Assembly: GCA_943354915.1 (NCBI GenBank)
Contig: CALRDO010000001.1
Span: 1 to 55,946 of the forward strand
DNA from: Patescibacteria group bacterium UBA4664
GTDB lineage: Bacteria; Patescibacteriota; Saccharimonadia; CAILAD01; BJGX01
Direction: 5' to 3'
Length of the DNA stretch: 55,946 nt
In this document: piece after piece, positions 25,459 to 36,231 of the stretch
Layout: the number at the start of each line of letters is the position of its first letter
How positions within the stretch are numbered: the stretch's first letter is position 1
The notes under the pieces: model-generated
Database searches by the model: none
What the model saw: only the letters and a program-made list of their open reading frames with translations
Told to the model about the DNA's origin: nothing
Made by a program: the position numbers and the translations under genes

Positions 25459-28400
25459 ATGGCCAAATCCGCTGCCGCCCGGAAGTACTTTAATAATCAA
25501 AACATACCATTACAGCTACCAGACCTAATAAAGATACAGCTGGATTCTTATAATTGGTTCTTTACAGAAGGGCTTAATGAGTTATTTGATGAAATTTCAC
25601 CTATTGAGGATTTTACTGCTAAGAAATATGAACTTAGCTTTAAGAGCTATAAATTTGATAAAGAAAAACTTTCTGAAGCAATGGCTAAAGAAAAGAATCT
25701 TAGCTATGAGGCATCCCTTAAGGCTACCATTGAGCTTTTAATAAAAGAAACTGGGGAAATTAAAGTCCAGGAAATATTTTTGGGTGATTACCCAATTATG
25801 ACTGAACGCGGCACTTTTATTATAAATGGCGTGGAACGGGTTGTCGTTAGTCAGCTTAAAAGAACCCCGGGCGTCTTTTTTACCAGAGATAGTTCTAGTG
25901 AATATTTTTCAGCAAAAATTATACCGAGCCGAGGAGCGTGGCTAGAAATCGAGACTGCTCAAAACGGCGTGATGAGCGTCAAGATTGATCGTAAGCGCAA
26001 ACTGCCAGTTACTACTTTGCTTAGAGCTTTTGGGTTTGGCACAGACACCGAAATAAAGGAATTATATAAAAATGTTGATATTGGCGAAGTTAAGCTGATT
26101 GACGAAACATTAGCTAAAGACCCAACTAGCACCACAGCAGAAGCATTAATGGAAGTTTATCGCCGTATTCGTCCTGGCGACTTGGCAACGGTTGAGAACT
26201 CAAAATCTCTTTTAGATAGTATGTTCTTTGATTTTAAAAGGTATGATTTAAGCAAGGTCGGTCGCTATAAGCTCAATAAGCGATTAGGTACTAATGTTAA
26301 GAATGATCAAGCTGGCCGAGTACTGAGAAAAGAAGATTTAATTGCTATTATATTTGAAGTTATTAAGCTCAGTAATAGCAATATGCCATCTGAAGATATT
26401 GATCACTTGGGTAATCGCCGCCTCAATATGGTTGGTGAGCTTATGCAAAACCGTTTTAGGGTTGGTTTACTTAGAATGGAGCGAATCGTTAAAGATCGCA
26501 TGAGCATTGCTGAGCCTGATGCAGTTATCCCTGGCCATCTAATTAATGTTAGGCCAATTGTGGCTAGCGTTAAAGAGTTCTTTGCGAGCCATCAATTAAG
26601 TCAATTTATGGAGCAGGTTAATCCACTAGCTGAGATTGTCCATAAAAGACGCCTTAATGCTATGGGCCCTGGAGGCTTGAGCCGAGAGCGGGCTGGGTTT
26701 GAAGTGCGAGATGTACATCGTACTCACTATGGACGCATTTGCCCAGTTGAGACTCCTGAAGGCCCCAATATTGGGCTTGTAGGTTACCTAGCAACCTATG
26801 CCCAGGTTAATGAATATGGTTTTATCGAGACCCCTTATTTTAAGGTTATCAATGAAGTTACTACACTTAAGGCAACCGGCGAAATAGCTGCTAAAACAGT
26901 TAAAAGCAAAGATGGCAAAGTAGTACTCAAAGCTGGCAGTAGGATTACAGCTACAATGGCGAAGACACTCGCAAAAATTGGTTTAGCTAACATTCGCGTT
27001 AAAGCCCGTGCTACTTCAGAAATAATTTATTTAGATGCTTTTGATGAGGAAAGAGCGGTAATTGCTCAGGCTCAAACGCCAGTTGATGATAATGGGTACT
27101 TTATACAACCTAGGGTTCCAGTTCGTGGTATTGGCGGTGAAGCTGACGAAGAAGATGCTAATAATGTTGATTATATGGATATCAGTTCTAACCAAGTGGT
27201 TGGAGTATCTGCTGCCCTGATACCTTTCTTAGAGCACGATAACGCTAAGCGAGCTTTGATGGGCGCTAATATGCAACGCCAAGCTGTAGCGCTAGTTCGG
27301 CCTGAAGCCCCAATTGTTGGTACTGGTGTTGAAGCACGAGTAGCGGAAGATTCGGGGCAGGTTATAGTAGCTCAGGAAGACGGCGTAATTATATCTGCTG
27401 ATGCTCATGCAATTGCAATAAAGTATAAAAAAGCTGGTAAAAAATCTTATAAATTAGTTAATTTTGTTAGATCTAACCAAGGCTCTTCAATCCATCAGAA
27501 GACTCTTGTCTTTGCTGGTCAAAAAATCAAAAAAGGCGATATTTTAGCTGACGGTATGAGCACAAAGGATGGTGAGTTAGCATTAGGCCAAAACGTACTA
27601 GTAGCTTTTATGCCTTTCGATGGCCTGAACTTTGAAGATGCTATTATAGTCTCCCAAAGGCTCGTGCAGGATGATCGTTATACCTCGATTCATATCGAGA
27701 ATCATCAAATTGATGTACGTGATACTAAGCTAGGTTCAGAAGTGGTTACATGCGATATCCCTAATGTTTCAGAGGATAGCTTGAAAGATTTGGACGAGGA
27801 AGGGGTGGTACGAATTGGAGCTGAAGTTGAAGCCGGTGATATTTTAGTCGGTAAAATTACTCCTAAAGGTGAGACTGATTTATCGAGTGAGGAACGGCTG
27901 TTGCGAGCTATTTTTGGCGAGAAAGCTCGTGATGTAAAAGATACTAGCTTAAGATTGCCCAATGGCACATCCGGCAAGGTCGTTGAAGTTAAGATATTAA
28001 GCCGTGAAGCAGGTGATGATTTGCCAGCTGGCGTAATTAGCCAAATATATGTAGCCATAGCCCAGCTTAGAAAAATCTCAGTTGGAGATAAAATGGCCGG
28101 TCGGCATGGTAACAAAGGTGTAATTAGTAAAATTATGCCAATCGAAGATATGCCATACCTAGAGGACGGAACTCCTATTGATATTATTTTAAACCCACTA
28201 GGCGTGGGGGCTCGTATGAATATTGGGCAGATTTTAGAAACCCATCTTGGTTGGGCTGCTCAAGCCTTGGGCTATAAGGTTGCCTCGCCAGTTTTTGACG
28301 GCGTTAAGCTCGATCAGATTAAGGCTGAATTAAAAAAAGCTGGGTTGCCAGAAGATGGTAAAATTCAACTCTATCATGGGTATACTGGCGAACCATTTGC

Positions 28401-28968
28401 AGAGCGCACTACCATTGGCTATAAGTATATGCTTAAGCTGACGCACATGGTTGATGATAAGATCCATGCTCGCTCAACAGGGCCATACGCTATGGTTACT
28501 CAGCAGCCACTAGGTGGTAAAGCCCAGATGGGAGGCCAAAGATTTGGAGAAATGGAAGTCTGGGCATTAGAAGCCTATGGTGCCGCCAATATCTTGCAAG
28601 AAATCCTAACCATTAAATCAGATGATGTCATAGGGCGCAGTAAAGCCTATGAGTCTATCATTAAAAATGAAGAAATACTCGGCCCTCGTATCCCGGAATC
28701 GTTTAATGTTTTAGTTAAAGAGTTGCAGAGTTTAGGCCTGGCAGTTGAGTTAGAAAAACCAAAGACTTCTCAAGTTATTGACGCCGAAGATTTGCTAGAA
28801 AAAAATCTAGAGACCGAAGCTGATGAGCTTGGCACGGGTGTTTTGCTAGAGGGTGAGCGAGCAGCCGAGGGCGAGGCAATTGTAAATCTTGGTTCTGATG
28901 GTGCCGAGGATGATTTTACACCACTCGTGGGGAAAAAAGCCACTAAGTTAACAGATAAGGAAGGATAA
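25459..28968 (+). CDS. rpoB: DNA-directed RNA polymerase subunit beta
   Basis: 1169 aa with conserved blocks throughout (e.g. GRHGNKGVISKI, NPLGVGARMNIGQ, RSTGPYAMVTQQPLGGKAQMGGQRFGEMEVWALEAYGA). Confidence 0.98.
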   Translation: MAKSAAARKYFNNQNIPLQLPDLIKIQLDSYNWFFTEGLNELFDEISPIEDFTAKKYELSFKSYKFDKEKLSEAMAKEKNLSYEASLKATIELLIKETGEIKVQEIFLGDYPIMTERGTFIINGVERVVVSQLKRTPGVFFTRDSSSEYFSAKIIPSRGAWLEIETAQNGVMSVKIDRKRKLPVTTLLRAFGFGTDTEIKELYKNVDIGEVKLIDETLAKDPTSTTAEALMEVYRRIRPGDLATVENSKSLLDSMFFDFKRYDLSKVGRYKLNKRLGTNVKNDQAGRVLRKEDLIAIIFEVIKLSNSNMPSEDIDHLGNRRLNMVGELMQNRFRVGLLRMERIVKDRMSIAEPDAVIPGHLINVRPIVASVKEFFASHQLSQFMEQVNPLAEIVHKRRLNAMGPGGLSRERAGFEVRDVHRTHYGRICPVETPEGPNIGLVGYLATYAQVNEYGFIETPYFKVINEVTTLKATGEIAAKTVKSKDGKVVLKAGSRITATMAKTLAKIGLANIRVKARATSEIIYLDAFDEERAVIAQAQTPVDDNGYFIQPRVPVRGIGGEADEEDANNVDYMDISSNQVVGVSAALIPFLEHDNAKRALMGANMQRQAVALVRPEAPIVGTGVEARVAEDSGQVIVAQEDGVIISADAHAIAIKYKKAGKKSYKLVNFVRSNQGSSIHQKTLVFAGQKIKKGDILADGMSTKDGELALGQNVLVAFMPFDGLNFEDAIIVSQRLVQDDRYTSIHIENHQIDVRDTKLGSEVVTCDIPNVSEDSLKDLDEEGVVRIGAEVEAGDILVGKITPKGETDLSSEERLLRAIFGEKARDVKDTSLRLPNGTSGKVVEVKILSREAGDDLPAGVISQIYVAIAQLRKISVGDKMAGRHGNKGVISKIMPIEDMPYLEDGTPIDIILNPLGVGARMNIGQILETHLGWAAQALGYKVASPVFDGVKLDQIKAELKKAGLPEDGKIQLYHGYTGEPFAERTTIGYKYMLKLTHMVDDKIHARSTGPYAMVTQQPLGGKAQMGGQRFGEMEVWALEAYGAANILQEILTIKSDDVIGRSKAYESIIKNEEILGPRIPESFNVLVKELQSLGLAVELEKPKTSQVIDAEDLLEKNLETEADELGTGVLLEGERAAEGEAIVNLGSDGAEDDFTPLVGKKATKLTDKEG

Positions 28969-28972
28969 TCCA

Positions 28973-31900
28973 ATGAATAAAAACTTAAATGAACAAACGA
29001 TGATCCTTGACTTTGATGCTATTCGCCTTTCGGTGGCTTCATCAGAAACAATCTTAGGCTGGTCACACGGCGAGGTAACTAAGCCAGAAACTATTAACTA
29101 TCGAACTCAAAAGCCTGAAAAAGATGGTCTATTTTGTGAAAAAATCTTTGGTCCATCTAAAGACTGGCAATGCTATTGCGGAAAGTATAAGGGAATTCGG
29201 TATAAGGGAATTAGCTGTGATAAATGCGGTGTATTAATTACACGCAGTATTATTAGGCGCGAACGAATGGGCCATATTACACTAGCCGTGCCAGTTACCC
29301 ATATTTGGTTTTTAAGAGGTACACCTAGCCCAATTAGTTTATTACTTAATCTCGGGGTACGCGACCTAGAAAGAGTAGTTTATTTTGCTAATTTTATTGT
29401 TACAGAAGTCGATGAAAAAGCTAAAGTGGAAGCTCTTAAAGAGCTTGAAGTAGATTTTAAAACTCGTCGTAAGGATATTTTAGCTAAGTATAAAATTAAA
29501 AAACCAGAAAAAGAAGTTTTGAGCGACGAGGCAATTAGTGAGCTGGCGGAGCTAGATAGCACCTACACAGCTGCTAAATCAGACCTTACAAATTTCGCTA
29601 AATATGAGCTGTTGCCAGAGAGTCGTTACCGTGAACTTAACCAAAAGTTTGGACATATCTTTAAGGCTACTATTGGGGCTGAAGCTATCTTGCAACTACT
29701 CACCGAGATAGATCTTAAGAAACTTATCAAAAAATTAAGAGAAGAATCAATATCAAGTATTGGTCAGAAAAAGAAGAAAGCTCTAAAAAGGCTAAAGCTC
29801 GTAGAGGGCATGCTACAGGCAGGGCTACGCCCGGAGTGGTTGATTACTACACAACTACCAGTAATCCCACCAGATCTCCGACCAATGGTGCAATTAGATG
29901 GAGGTCGCTTTGCTGCCTCTGATTTAAATGACTTGTATCGCCGGGTTATTAATCGTAATAATAGGCTCAAAAAGCTTTATCGTTTGCAAGCGCCAGAAGT
30001 AATATGCCGTAATGAAAAGCGTATGTTGCAGGAGGCAGTTGATGCCCTAATTGATAATAATGCTCGTCGAGATAGAGCTGTTTCAGCTACTGGGAGTCGC
30101 AAGAAACTTAAGAGTCTGACAGATTTACTTAAGGGTAAGCAAGGCCGATTCCGTCAAAACTTACTCGGTAAGCGTGTTGATTATTCAGGCCGTTCAGTCA
30201 TAGTAATTGGTCCCCATCTTAAGCTAGACCAGTGTGGTATCCCAAAGATGATGGCCTTAGAACTATTCAAACCTTTTGTAATCGGCCGTCTGATTGACGC
30301 AGGTTATGCCCATAATGTTAAGAGTGCATCGCGCATGATCGAGAGATCTAAGTCGGAAGTTTGGGATACACTAGATGAAGTAATTGCCGATAAGTACGTG
30401 CTTTTAAATAGAGCACCTACCCTCCATCGCCTAGGCATACAAGCCTTTAAGCCAATCTTAATTGAAGGTAAGGCTATCCAGTTGCACCCAATGGTTTGCG
30501 CAGCTTTTAATGCTGATTTCGATGGTGACCAAATGGCCGTTCATGTCCCGCTTGGTAAGGCCGCACAGGCAGAAGCGAAGGATATCATGCTTTCCAGGCA
30601 TAACCTACTGAAGCCATCATCTGGCGAACCAGTCGTTAATCCTAGCAAAGACATTGTACTGGGTTGCTATTTTATGACATCTATCAAGCCTGGCTCTAAA
30701 GGCGAAGGTAAAATATTTGAAAATTCTGATATCGCCATTATGGCGCATCAAGGCGGAGCCGTTGATTTACGAGCTAAAATTAGCGTTCGCGTTAACAATC
30801 AGTTAGTTGAGACATCTACTGGGAGGCTATTATTCAATGAGGTCTTGCCGACAGCAATGGCATTCCAGAATGATATGATGACTAAATCTAAGCTAAAGAA
30901 AGTCATGGCTGAAGTATTCGTTAATTTTGGACCAGACGAAACAGCAAAACTTTCAGATGCAGTGAAAGATTTAGGTTTTGAGTATGCAACATTGTCGGGT
31001 ATTTCAATTGGGATGGATGACCTAGTTGTCCCTCTGGACCGCGCTAATATTATTGCGCAGGGGGAAGAGAAAGTTGTTAGTTTCGCCAGCCAGTATGACC
31101 AGGGCTTGATTACGGATGATGAGCGTTACCATAAGACTATTGCCGCCTGGAAGGAAGTCGGTGAGGCAGTTGAAAAATCACTAGTTGAGACACTCGGTAA
31201 AAGTGAATCAACATTAACATTAGATATAGACTCTGGAGCCCGTGCTACTATGGCACAGGTTAATCAGATGGCTGGAATGCTTGGGTTGATGCTTAATCCA
31301 TCTGGCAGAACGATTGAGCTACCAATTCGATCTAATTATAAAGACGGGCTCTCGATTCTTGAATACTTTATTAGCACTCATGGTGCCCGTAAAGGTTTAA
31401 CAGATACCGCCCTAAGAACTGCCGAGTCAGGCTACTTAACTCGCAGGTTGGTTGATGTTAGTCAGGACATTGTAATCTCAGAAGAAAATTGTGGCGACAA
31501 GGAAGGCTATATTATCAGTAGAGCTGAAGCTCAAGCAGCTGGTGAAGACGGAATAGGCGCTTGGTTAGTAGGTAGAGTCGCTAATGAAAAAATTATTAAT
31601 CCTAAAACTAAGCAAGTTATTATTAAGAAAAACGGATTAATCTTAGACGATGAAGCAAAAGCAATTGACGAAACAGACATTGAAGAGGTTAGGATTCGTT
31701 CAATTTTGAAGTGTAAAAGCTTATGGGGAATCTGCGAGAGATGCTATGGCTTAGATCTAGGTACTGGCAAGCCTGTTAGGCAGGGTGAGGCGGTTGGTAT
31801 AATTGCCGCTCAGAGTATTGGCGAACCAGGGACTCAATTGACCATGCGTACCATGCATGCTGGTGGTGTTGCTACTGAAGATATCACCCAGGGGCTTCCA

Positions 31901-32767
31901 AGAGTTGAAGAAATATTTGAAGTCCGTAACCCTAAGGGGCATGCCATACTAGCGGATATGGAAGGAACAATTCAAATTCGCAAGGCTGGTAACAAGCAAA
32001 ACCTTATAATTATTCCTGATAATCAAAAAGTCACAGATTATAAATTAGGGGCCATGCAGGCTAAAGTAAAATCAGGGGCAACAGTAGAACGTAGCCAAAT
32101 ATTAGCCCAGAGCAAGGATGGCAAGCGGACTATCAAGGCCGGCGGTTCAGGTGAAGTTAAGGTTACAAAAGATAAAATATCATTAACTCACTTAGGTGCT
32201 GGGTTACGTGAATACACTATTGGCGAATATGTTACAGTTGAGCTTAAGTCTGGCGACAGAGTAGAGATAGGTCAGCGCTTGACAGAAGGCCCAATTAATC
32301 TTCAGGATATGCTAAAACTTCGTAGCGAAGAGGCAGTGCAACGTTATGTTATCGATGAAGTCCAGGCAATTTATTTAAGCCAAGGCCAGACTATTGCTGC
32401 TAAGCATATCGAAGTGATTATTAAGCAGATGTTTAGCAGAGTCCAGATTGAAGAGCCCGGCGATACAGAGTTTATTTCTGGTGACATAGTTTCCAAGCCT
32501 TCATTGACCATAGCTAACGACAAAGCTCTCAGTAAGGGTAAAAAACCAGCTACTTATGAATTGCTCTTAATGCCAATTACGAAAATTTCTACAGGTGCTG
32601 ACAGCTGGTTATCGGCTGCATCATTCCAGGAAACCACTCGGGTCCTAATTGGTGCTGCAATTCGGGGGAAGTCTGATAATTTACGAGGCCTTAAGGAAAA
32701 TGTTATAATTGGCCGGTTAATACCAGTCGGTACTGGCTTTAGAGATGACAAGGGAGGAAATGCTTGA
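28973..32767 (+). CDS. rpoC: DNA-directed RNA polymerase subunit beta'
   Basis: 1264 aa with a zinc-binding CYCGKYKGIRYKGISCDKCG segment and the catalytic NADFDGDQMAVH motif. Confidence 0.98.
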   Translation: MNKNLNEQTMILDFDAIRLSVASSETILGWSHGEVTKPETINYRTQKPEKDGLFCEKIFGPSKDWQCYCGKYKGIRYKGISCDKCGVLITRSIIRRERMGHITLAVPVTHIWFLRGTPSPISLLLNLGVRDLERVVYFANFIVTEVDEKAKVEALKELEVDFKTRRKDILAKYKIKKPEKEVLSDEAISELAELDSTYTAAKSDLTNFAKYELLPESRYRELNQKFGHIFKATIGAEAILQLLTEIDLKKLIKKLREESISSIGQKKKKALKRLKLVEGMLQAGLRPEWLITTQLPVIPPDLRPMVQLDGGRFAASDLNDLYRRVINRNNRLKKLYRLQAPEVICRNEKRMLQEAVDALIDNNARRDRAVSATGSRKKLKSLTDLLKGKQGRFRQNLLGKRVDYSGRSVIVIGPHLKLDQCGIPKMMALELFKPFVIGRLIDAGYAHNVKSASRMIERSKSEVWDTLDEVIADKYVLLNRAPTLHRLGIQAFKPILIEGKAIQLHPMVCAAFNADFDGDQMAVHVPLGKAAQAEAKDIMLSRHNLLKPSSGEPVVNPSKDIVLGCYFMTSIKPGSKGEGKIFENSDIAIMAHQGGAVDLRAKISVRVNNQLVETSTGRLLFNEVLPTAMAFQNDMMTKSKLKKVMAEVFVNFGPDETAKLSDAVKDLGFEYATLSGISIGMDDLVVPLDRANIIAQGEEKVVSFASQYDQGLITDDERYHKTIAAWKEVGEAVEKSLVETLGKSESTLTLDIDSGARATMAQVNQMAGMLGLMLNPSGRTIELPIRSNYKDGLSILEYFISTHGARKGLTDTALRTAESGYLTRRLVDVSQDIVISEENCGDKEGYIISRAEAQAAGEDGIGAWLVGRVANEKIINPKTKQVIIKKNGLILDDEAKAIDETDIEEVRIRSILKCKSLWGICERCYGLDLGTGKPVRQGEAVGIIAAQSIGEPGTQLTMRTMHAGGVATEDITQGLPRVEEIFEVRNPKGHAILADMEGTIQIRKAGNKQNLIIIPDNQKVTDYKLGAMQAKVKSGATVERSQILAQSKDGKRTIKAGGSGEVKVTKDKISLTHLGAGLREYTIGEYVTVELKSGDRVEIGQRLTEGPINLQDMLKLRSEEAVQRYVIDEVQAIYLSQGQTIAAKHIEVIIKQMFSRVQIEEPGDTEFISGDIVSKPSLTIANDKALSKGKKPATYELLLMPITKISTGADSWLSAASFQETTRVLIGAAIRGKSDNLRGLKENVIIGRLIPVGTGFRDDKGGNA

Positions 32768-32808
32768 CCAGATGAGTCTTATCTGTTAGAGTATTGAAAT
32801 TACAAATT

Positions 32809-33234
32809 ATGCCAACTATTAATCAACTTATTAGAAAACCGCGTACGCGCAAGACAACCAAAACCAAATCACCGGCTTTAGGTAGGACTTTTAATTCTCT
32901 TAAAAACCAATCTACCCAGCGCGTCGCCCCTTTTAAGCGCGGAGTTTGCATCAAGGTTTATACCCAGACCCCTCGTAAGCCTAATTCGGCCCTTCGTAAA
33001 GTGGCCCGCGTTAGACTAACTAATGGTATGGAAGTTACAGCCTACATCCCCGGCGAAGGCCACAATTTGCAAGAACATTCGGTTGTCTTGGTTCGTGGCG
33101 GTCGCGTTAAGGATCTTGGTGGTGTCCGTTATCACATCGTGAGAGGACATCTCGATACTGGTGGTGTTAGCAATCGCAAGCAGGGTAGAAGCAAGTATGG
33201 TGTTAAAAAATCTAGTGGGAGTAAAAAAGAGTAA
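32809..33234 (+). CDS. rpsL: 30S ribosomal protein S12
   Basis: The start was trimmed from TTG 32794 to ATG 32809 ([12 protein letters not shown], the canonical S12 N-terminus). It has a basic C-terminal tail. Confidence 0.95.
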   Translation: MPTINQLIRKPRTRKTTKTKSPALGRTFNSLKNQSTQRVAPFKRGVCIKVYTQTPRKPNSALRKVARVRLTNGMEVTAYIPGEGHNLQEHSVVLVRGGRVKDLGGVRYHIVRGHLDTGGVSNRKQGRSKYGVKKSSGSKKE

Positions 33235-33237
33235 GCT

Positions 33238-33714
33238 ATGCCTAGAAAAGTTACTAAATCACTGAAACGAGTTCATCTAGCCGATAGGCTATATGGTAGT
33301 GTTTTGGTGACTAAAATGATTAACAAGGTCATGCTAGATGGTAAGAAACGTTTAGCAGAGAACTTAGTGTATGGTGCCCTGCAGCAAGCCTCTGAGAAAA
33401 CCAAAAAAGAACCTTTGGAAGTTTTTGAAGGCGCTATTAAAAACGTTAGCCCACAGGTACAAGTAAAATCTAAGCGTATTGGTGGAGCTAATTATCAGGT
33501 CCCAATTGAAGTAAAAGGTGATCGTAGGGTGCATTATGCAATGGTTTGGATCCTAGAATCGGCGCGCAAGAAAAAGGGCAAAAGCTTTGATCAAAAACTC
33601 GCTCACGAATTAGTTGCAGCCTATAATAATGAAGGTGATGCAATTAGGAAAAAGCAAGACACTCATCAAATGGCCGAAGCCAACAAAGCCTTCGCGCATT
33701 TTGCAAGGTACTAA
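33238..33714 (+). CDS. rpsG: 30S ribosomal protein S7
   Basis: 158 aa with a canonical S7 sequence, immediately after rpsL. Confidence 0.96.
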   Translation: MPRKVTKSLKRVHLADRLYGSVLVTKMINKVMLDGKKRLAENLVYGALQQASEKTKKEPLEVFEGAIKNVSPQVQVKSKRIGGANYQVPIEVKGDRRVHYAMVWILESARKKKGKSFDQKLAHELVAAYNNEGDAIRKKQDTHQMAEANKAFAHFARY

Positions 33715-33769
33715 TAAAGCTGGCCACAAAAAAAGCAATCTAGTATTTCTCTAGAGACATTCTAAAAAA

Positions 33770-33797
33770 TGAGTTACCCTCCTGACTCACTTTTTTT
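33770..33797 (+). terminator. Possible weak terminator after rpsG
   Basis: A 5-bp stem tgagt/actca with a 10-nt loop is followed by cttttttt. Confidence 0.3.
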
Positions 33798-33880
33798 ACT
33801 GTTATTTATTTACTATAAAGCCTGATTTTATTGCAAGCAAGCGTGTGGCGGAATGAGTTTTGCAAATTACTTTATACTAC

Positions 33881-33909
33881 TTGTTAAGACAGTCAAAATA
33901 AGGTAGAAT
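33881..33909 (+). promoter_or_regulatory. Putative fusA promoter (TTGTTA-17-TAGAAT)
   Basis: TTGTTA at 33881-33886 and TAGAAT at 33904-33909, followed by the palindrome gccgaaatttcggc at 33924-33937. Confidence 0.4.
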
Positions 33910-33978
33910 AGTATCCGACTTAAGCCGAAATTTCGGCATTATTTATTTATAATATCGAAAGGAATTAATCTTACTTTT

Positions 33979-36093
33979 ATGGCTCGTGAATATACATTAG
34001 AGAATATCCGCAATGTGGGGACCATTGCCCATATTGATGCTGGCAAAACGACTGTTACAGAAGGTATCTTGTACCGAACGGGCGTGGTACATAAAATAGG
34101 TGAAGTCCACCAAGGCGAAGCTACCATGGACTGGATGGAGCAGGAGCGGGAGCGTGGCATAACTATTACTTCTGCTGCTACAACTTGCTTTTGGAAAGGT
34201 AAGCTTATTAACATTATCGACACTCCAGGGCATATTGACTTTACAGTTGAGGTTGAGCGTTCTTTGAGGGTACTAGATGGAGCTTGCGTAATGTTTGATG
34301 GCAAGATGGGGGTTGAGCCACAATCTGAGACTGTTTGGCGACAAGCTGACAAATATGGCGTTCCCCGAATTTGTTTTATCAATAAAATCAATCAAACAGG
34401 CGGCGATTTTTATAAGAGCCTGGCTTCTATCCACGAACGATTAAGCAAGCATGCCTATCCAGTACATCTGCCAATTGGCTTTGAACAGCAAATCAACGGA
34501 ATCATTGATGTTATCGAGATGAAGGCCTACCAATATAATGATTACACCGATAAAGAGCTAAAAGAAATTAAAATACCAGAAGATATGCTTGAAAAAGCCG
34601 AGAAGTACAGATCTCATCTTATTGAGGCTGCTATTGAGTCCGATGACGCTATTATGGAAAAATATCTTGATGGCGTAGAACTGACCGAGGCAGAAATTAA
34701 ATCAGCTATCCGCAAATCTGTCCTAAGAGGTGATTTTTTCTTAGTCGCTGGCGGTGATGGGCGTGGCGTAATTGTAGAGAAACTTTTAGATTTAATTGTT
34801 GATTACCTACCAAGCCCCCTAGATGTTACCCCACCGCTGGCAACAGATAATAAAACAGGCGAAGAAAAATTGCTTGAGATTAGTGATGACGCTCCCTTTG
34901 CGGGCTTAGCCTTTAAGATTGCAACTGATCCGTTTGTGGGTAAACTATGTTTTTTTAGAGTTTATGCCGGCACGCTCAAATCAGGTAGCTATGTTTATAA
35001 TGTTAGCACTGGCGAGAAGGAACGAATTGGCCGAATTGTGCGAATGCATGCCAATAACCGCGTAGAAGTAACTGAAGTTAATGCCGGGGATATTGCCGCT
35101 GCTGTAGGACTTAAGAATACCGTTACTGGCAATACCCTTTGCGATGAATCTAACCAAGTACTTTTAGAATCTATCGAGTTCCCAGAGCCAGTTATTAATA
35201 TTGCAATTGAACCAAAGACCAAGGCCGACCAAGAAAAAATGGGCATTGCACTGGGCAGGTTGGCCGAAGAAGACCCAACTTTCCGCGTTAGTACCGACGA
35301 AGAGTCAGGGCAGACGATAATTGCTGGTATGGGGGAGCTTCATCTGGAAGTATTAGTAGACCGAATGAAGCGAGAATTTAAGGTAGAAGCAAATGTAGGC
35401 CGACCGCAGGTAGCTTTTCGTGAAACAATTAAGGGTACTACCCAGATTGAGCATAAATTTGTTCGCCAATCAGGTGGTCGTGGGCAATATGGGCATGTCT
35501 ATCTAGAACTTAGCCCACTTATTCATACTGAGGATAGTGATAAAACTATCACATTTGAATTTGAGAACGCTATTGTTGGCGGTGCAATACCAAGAGAATA
35601 TATTGCACCTGTTGAGGCTGGTGTTAAAGAAGCCATGCGTAATGGTGTGATTGCTGGCTATCCAGTAGTAGATTTGCATTGCAAATTGTACGATGGGAGT
35701 TACCATGATGTAGATTCTTCTGAAATAGCTTTTAAAATTGCCGCTTCAATGGCACTCCAAGAGGGTGTTAAAAAAGCCACTCCTGTTATTATGGAGCCAA
35801 CGATGGAAGTAGAGGTTACCACGCCCGAGGAGTTCATGGGGGATGTAATTGGCGATATTAATGCCAAAAGAGGCCGAGTCGATACTATGGAGGACCGTAG
35901 CGGTGCTAAAATTATCAAAGCCTATGTTCCGCTTGCCGAAATGTTTGGCTATGCCACTAGCCTTAGGAGCATGACTCAAGGTAGGGCTTCTTATGCCATG
36001 CAATTTGACCATTATGCCGAGGTGCCGAGCCATGTTGCTGACGATCTGAAGGGCAAGTATACTGCCTCCCGCGAAGCTGGCGAAAAACGCTAA
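33979..36093 (+). CDS. fusA: Elongation factor G
   Basis: 704 aa with the G-domain motifs [14 protein letters not shown] and NKID. Confidence 0.97.
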   Translation: MAREYTLENIRNVGTIAHIDAGKTTVTEGILYRTGVVHKIGEVHQGEATMDWMEQERERGITITSAATTCFWKGKLINIIDTPGHIDFTVEVERSLRVLDGACVMFDGKMGVEPQSETVWRQADKYGVPRICFINKINQTGGDFYKSLASIHERLSKHAYPVHLPIGFEQQINGIIDVIEMKAYQYNDYTDKELKEIKIPEDMLEKAEKYRSHLIEAAIESDDAIMEKYLDGVELTEAEIKSAIRKSVLRGDFFLVAGGDGRGVIVEKLLDLIVDYLPSPLDVTPPLATDNKTGEEKLLEISDDAPFAGLAFKIATDPFVGKLCFFRVYAGTLKSGSYVYNVSTGEKERIGRIVRMHANNRVEVTEVNAGDIAAAVGLKNTVTGNTLCDESNQVLLESIEFPEPVINIAIEPKTKADQEKMGIALGRLAEEDPTFRVSTDEESGQTIIAGMGELHLEVLVDRMKREFKVEANVGRPQVAFRETIKGTTQIEHKFVRQSGGRGQYGHVYLELSPLIHTEDSDKTITFEFENAIVGGAIPREYIAPVEAGVKEAMRNGVIAGYPVVDLHCKLYDGSYHDVDSSEIAFKIAASMALQEGVKKATPVIMEPTMEVEVTTPEEFMGDVIGDINAKRGRVDTMEDRSGAKIIKAYVPLAEMFGYATSLRSMTQGRASYAMQFDHYAEVPSHVADDLKGKYTASREAGEKR

Positions 36094-36114
36094 CGTAATT
36101 TATAATTTACCTCT

Positions 36115-36142
36115 TTACAAATCAGTAAATACTCCTTATAAT
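36115..36142 (+). promoter_or_regulatory. Putative tuf promoter (TTACAA-16-TATAAT)
   Basis: TTACAA at 36115-36120 and TATAAT at 36137-36142. Confidence 0.4.
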
Positions 36143-36231
36143 TAGGAGGTCTAATAATATGGCAATTTTATTATTGTCTAAAAAATCAAATCTAATGCAA
36201 TTAATTTTAAGTATATTATAAAGGAGAATCG

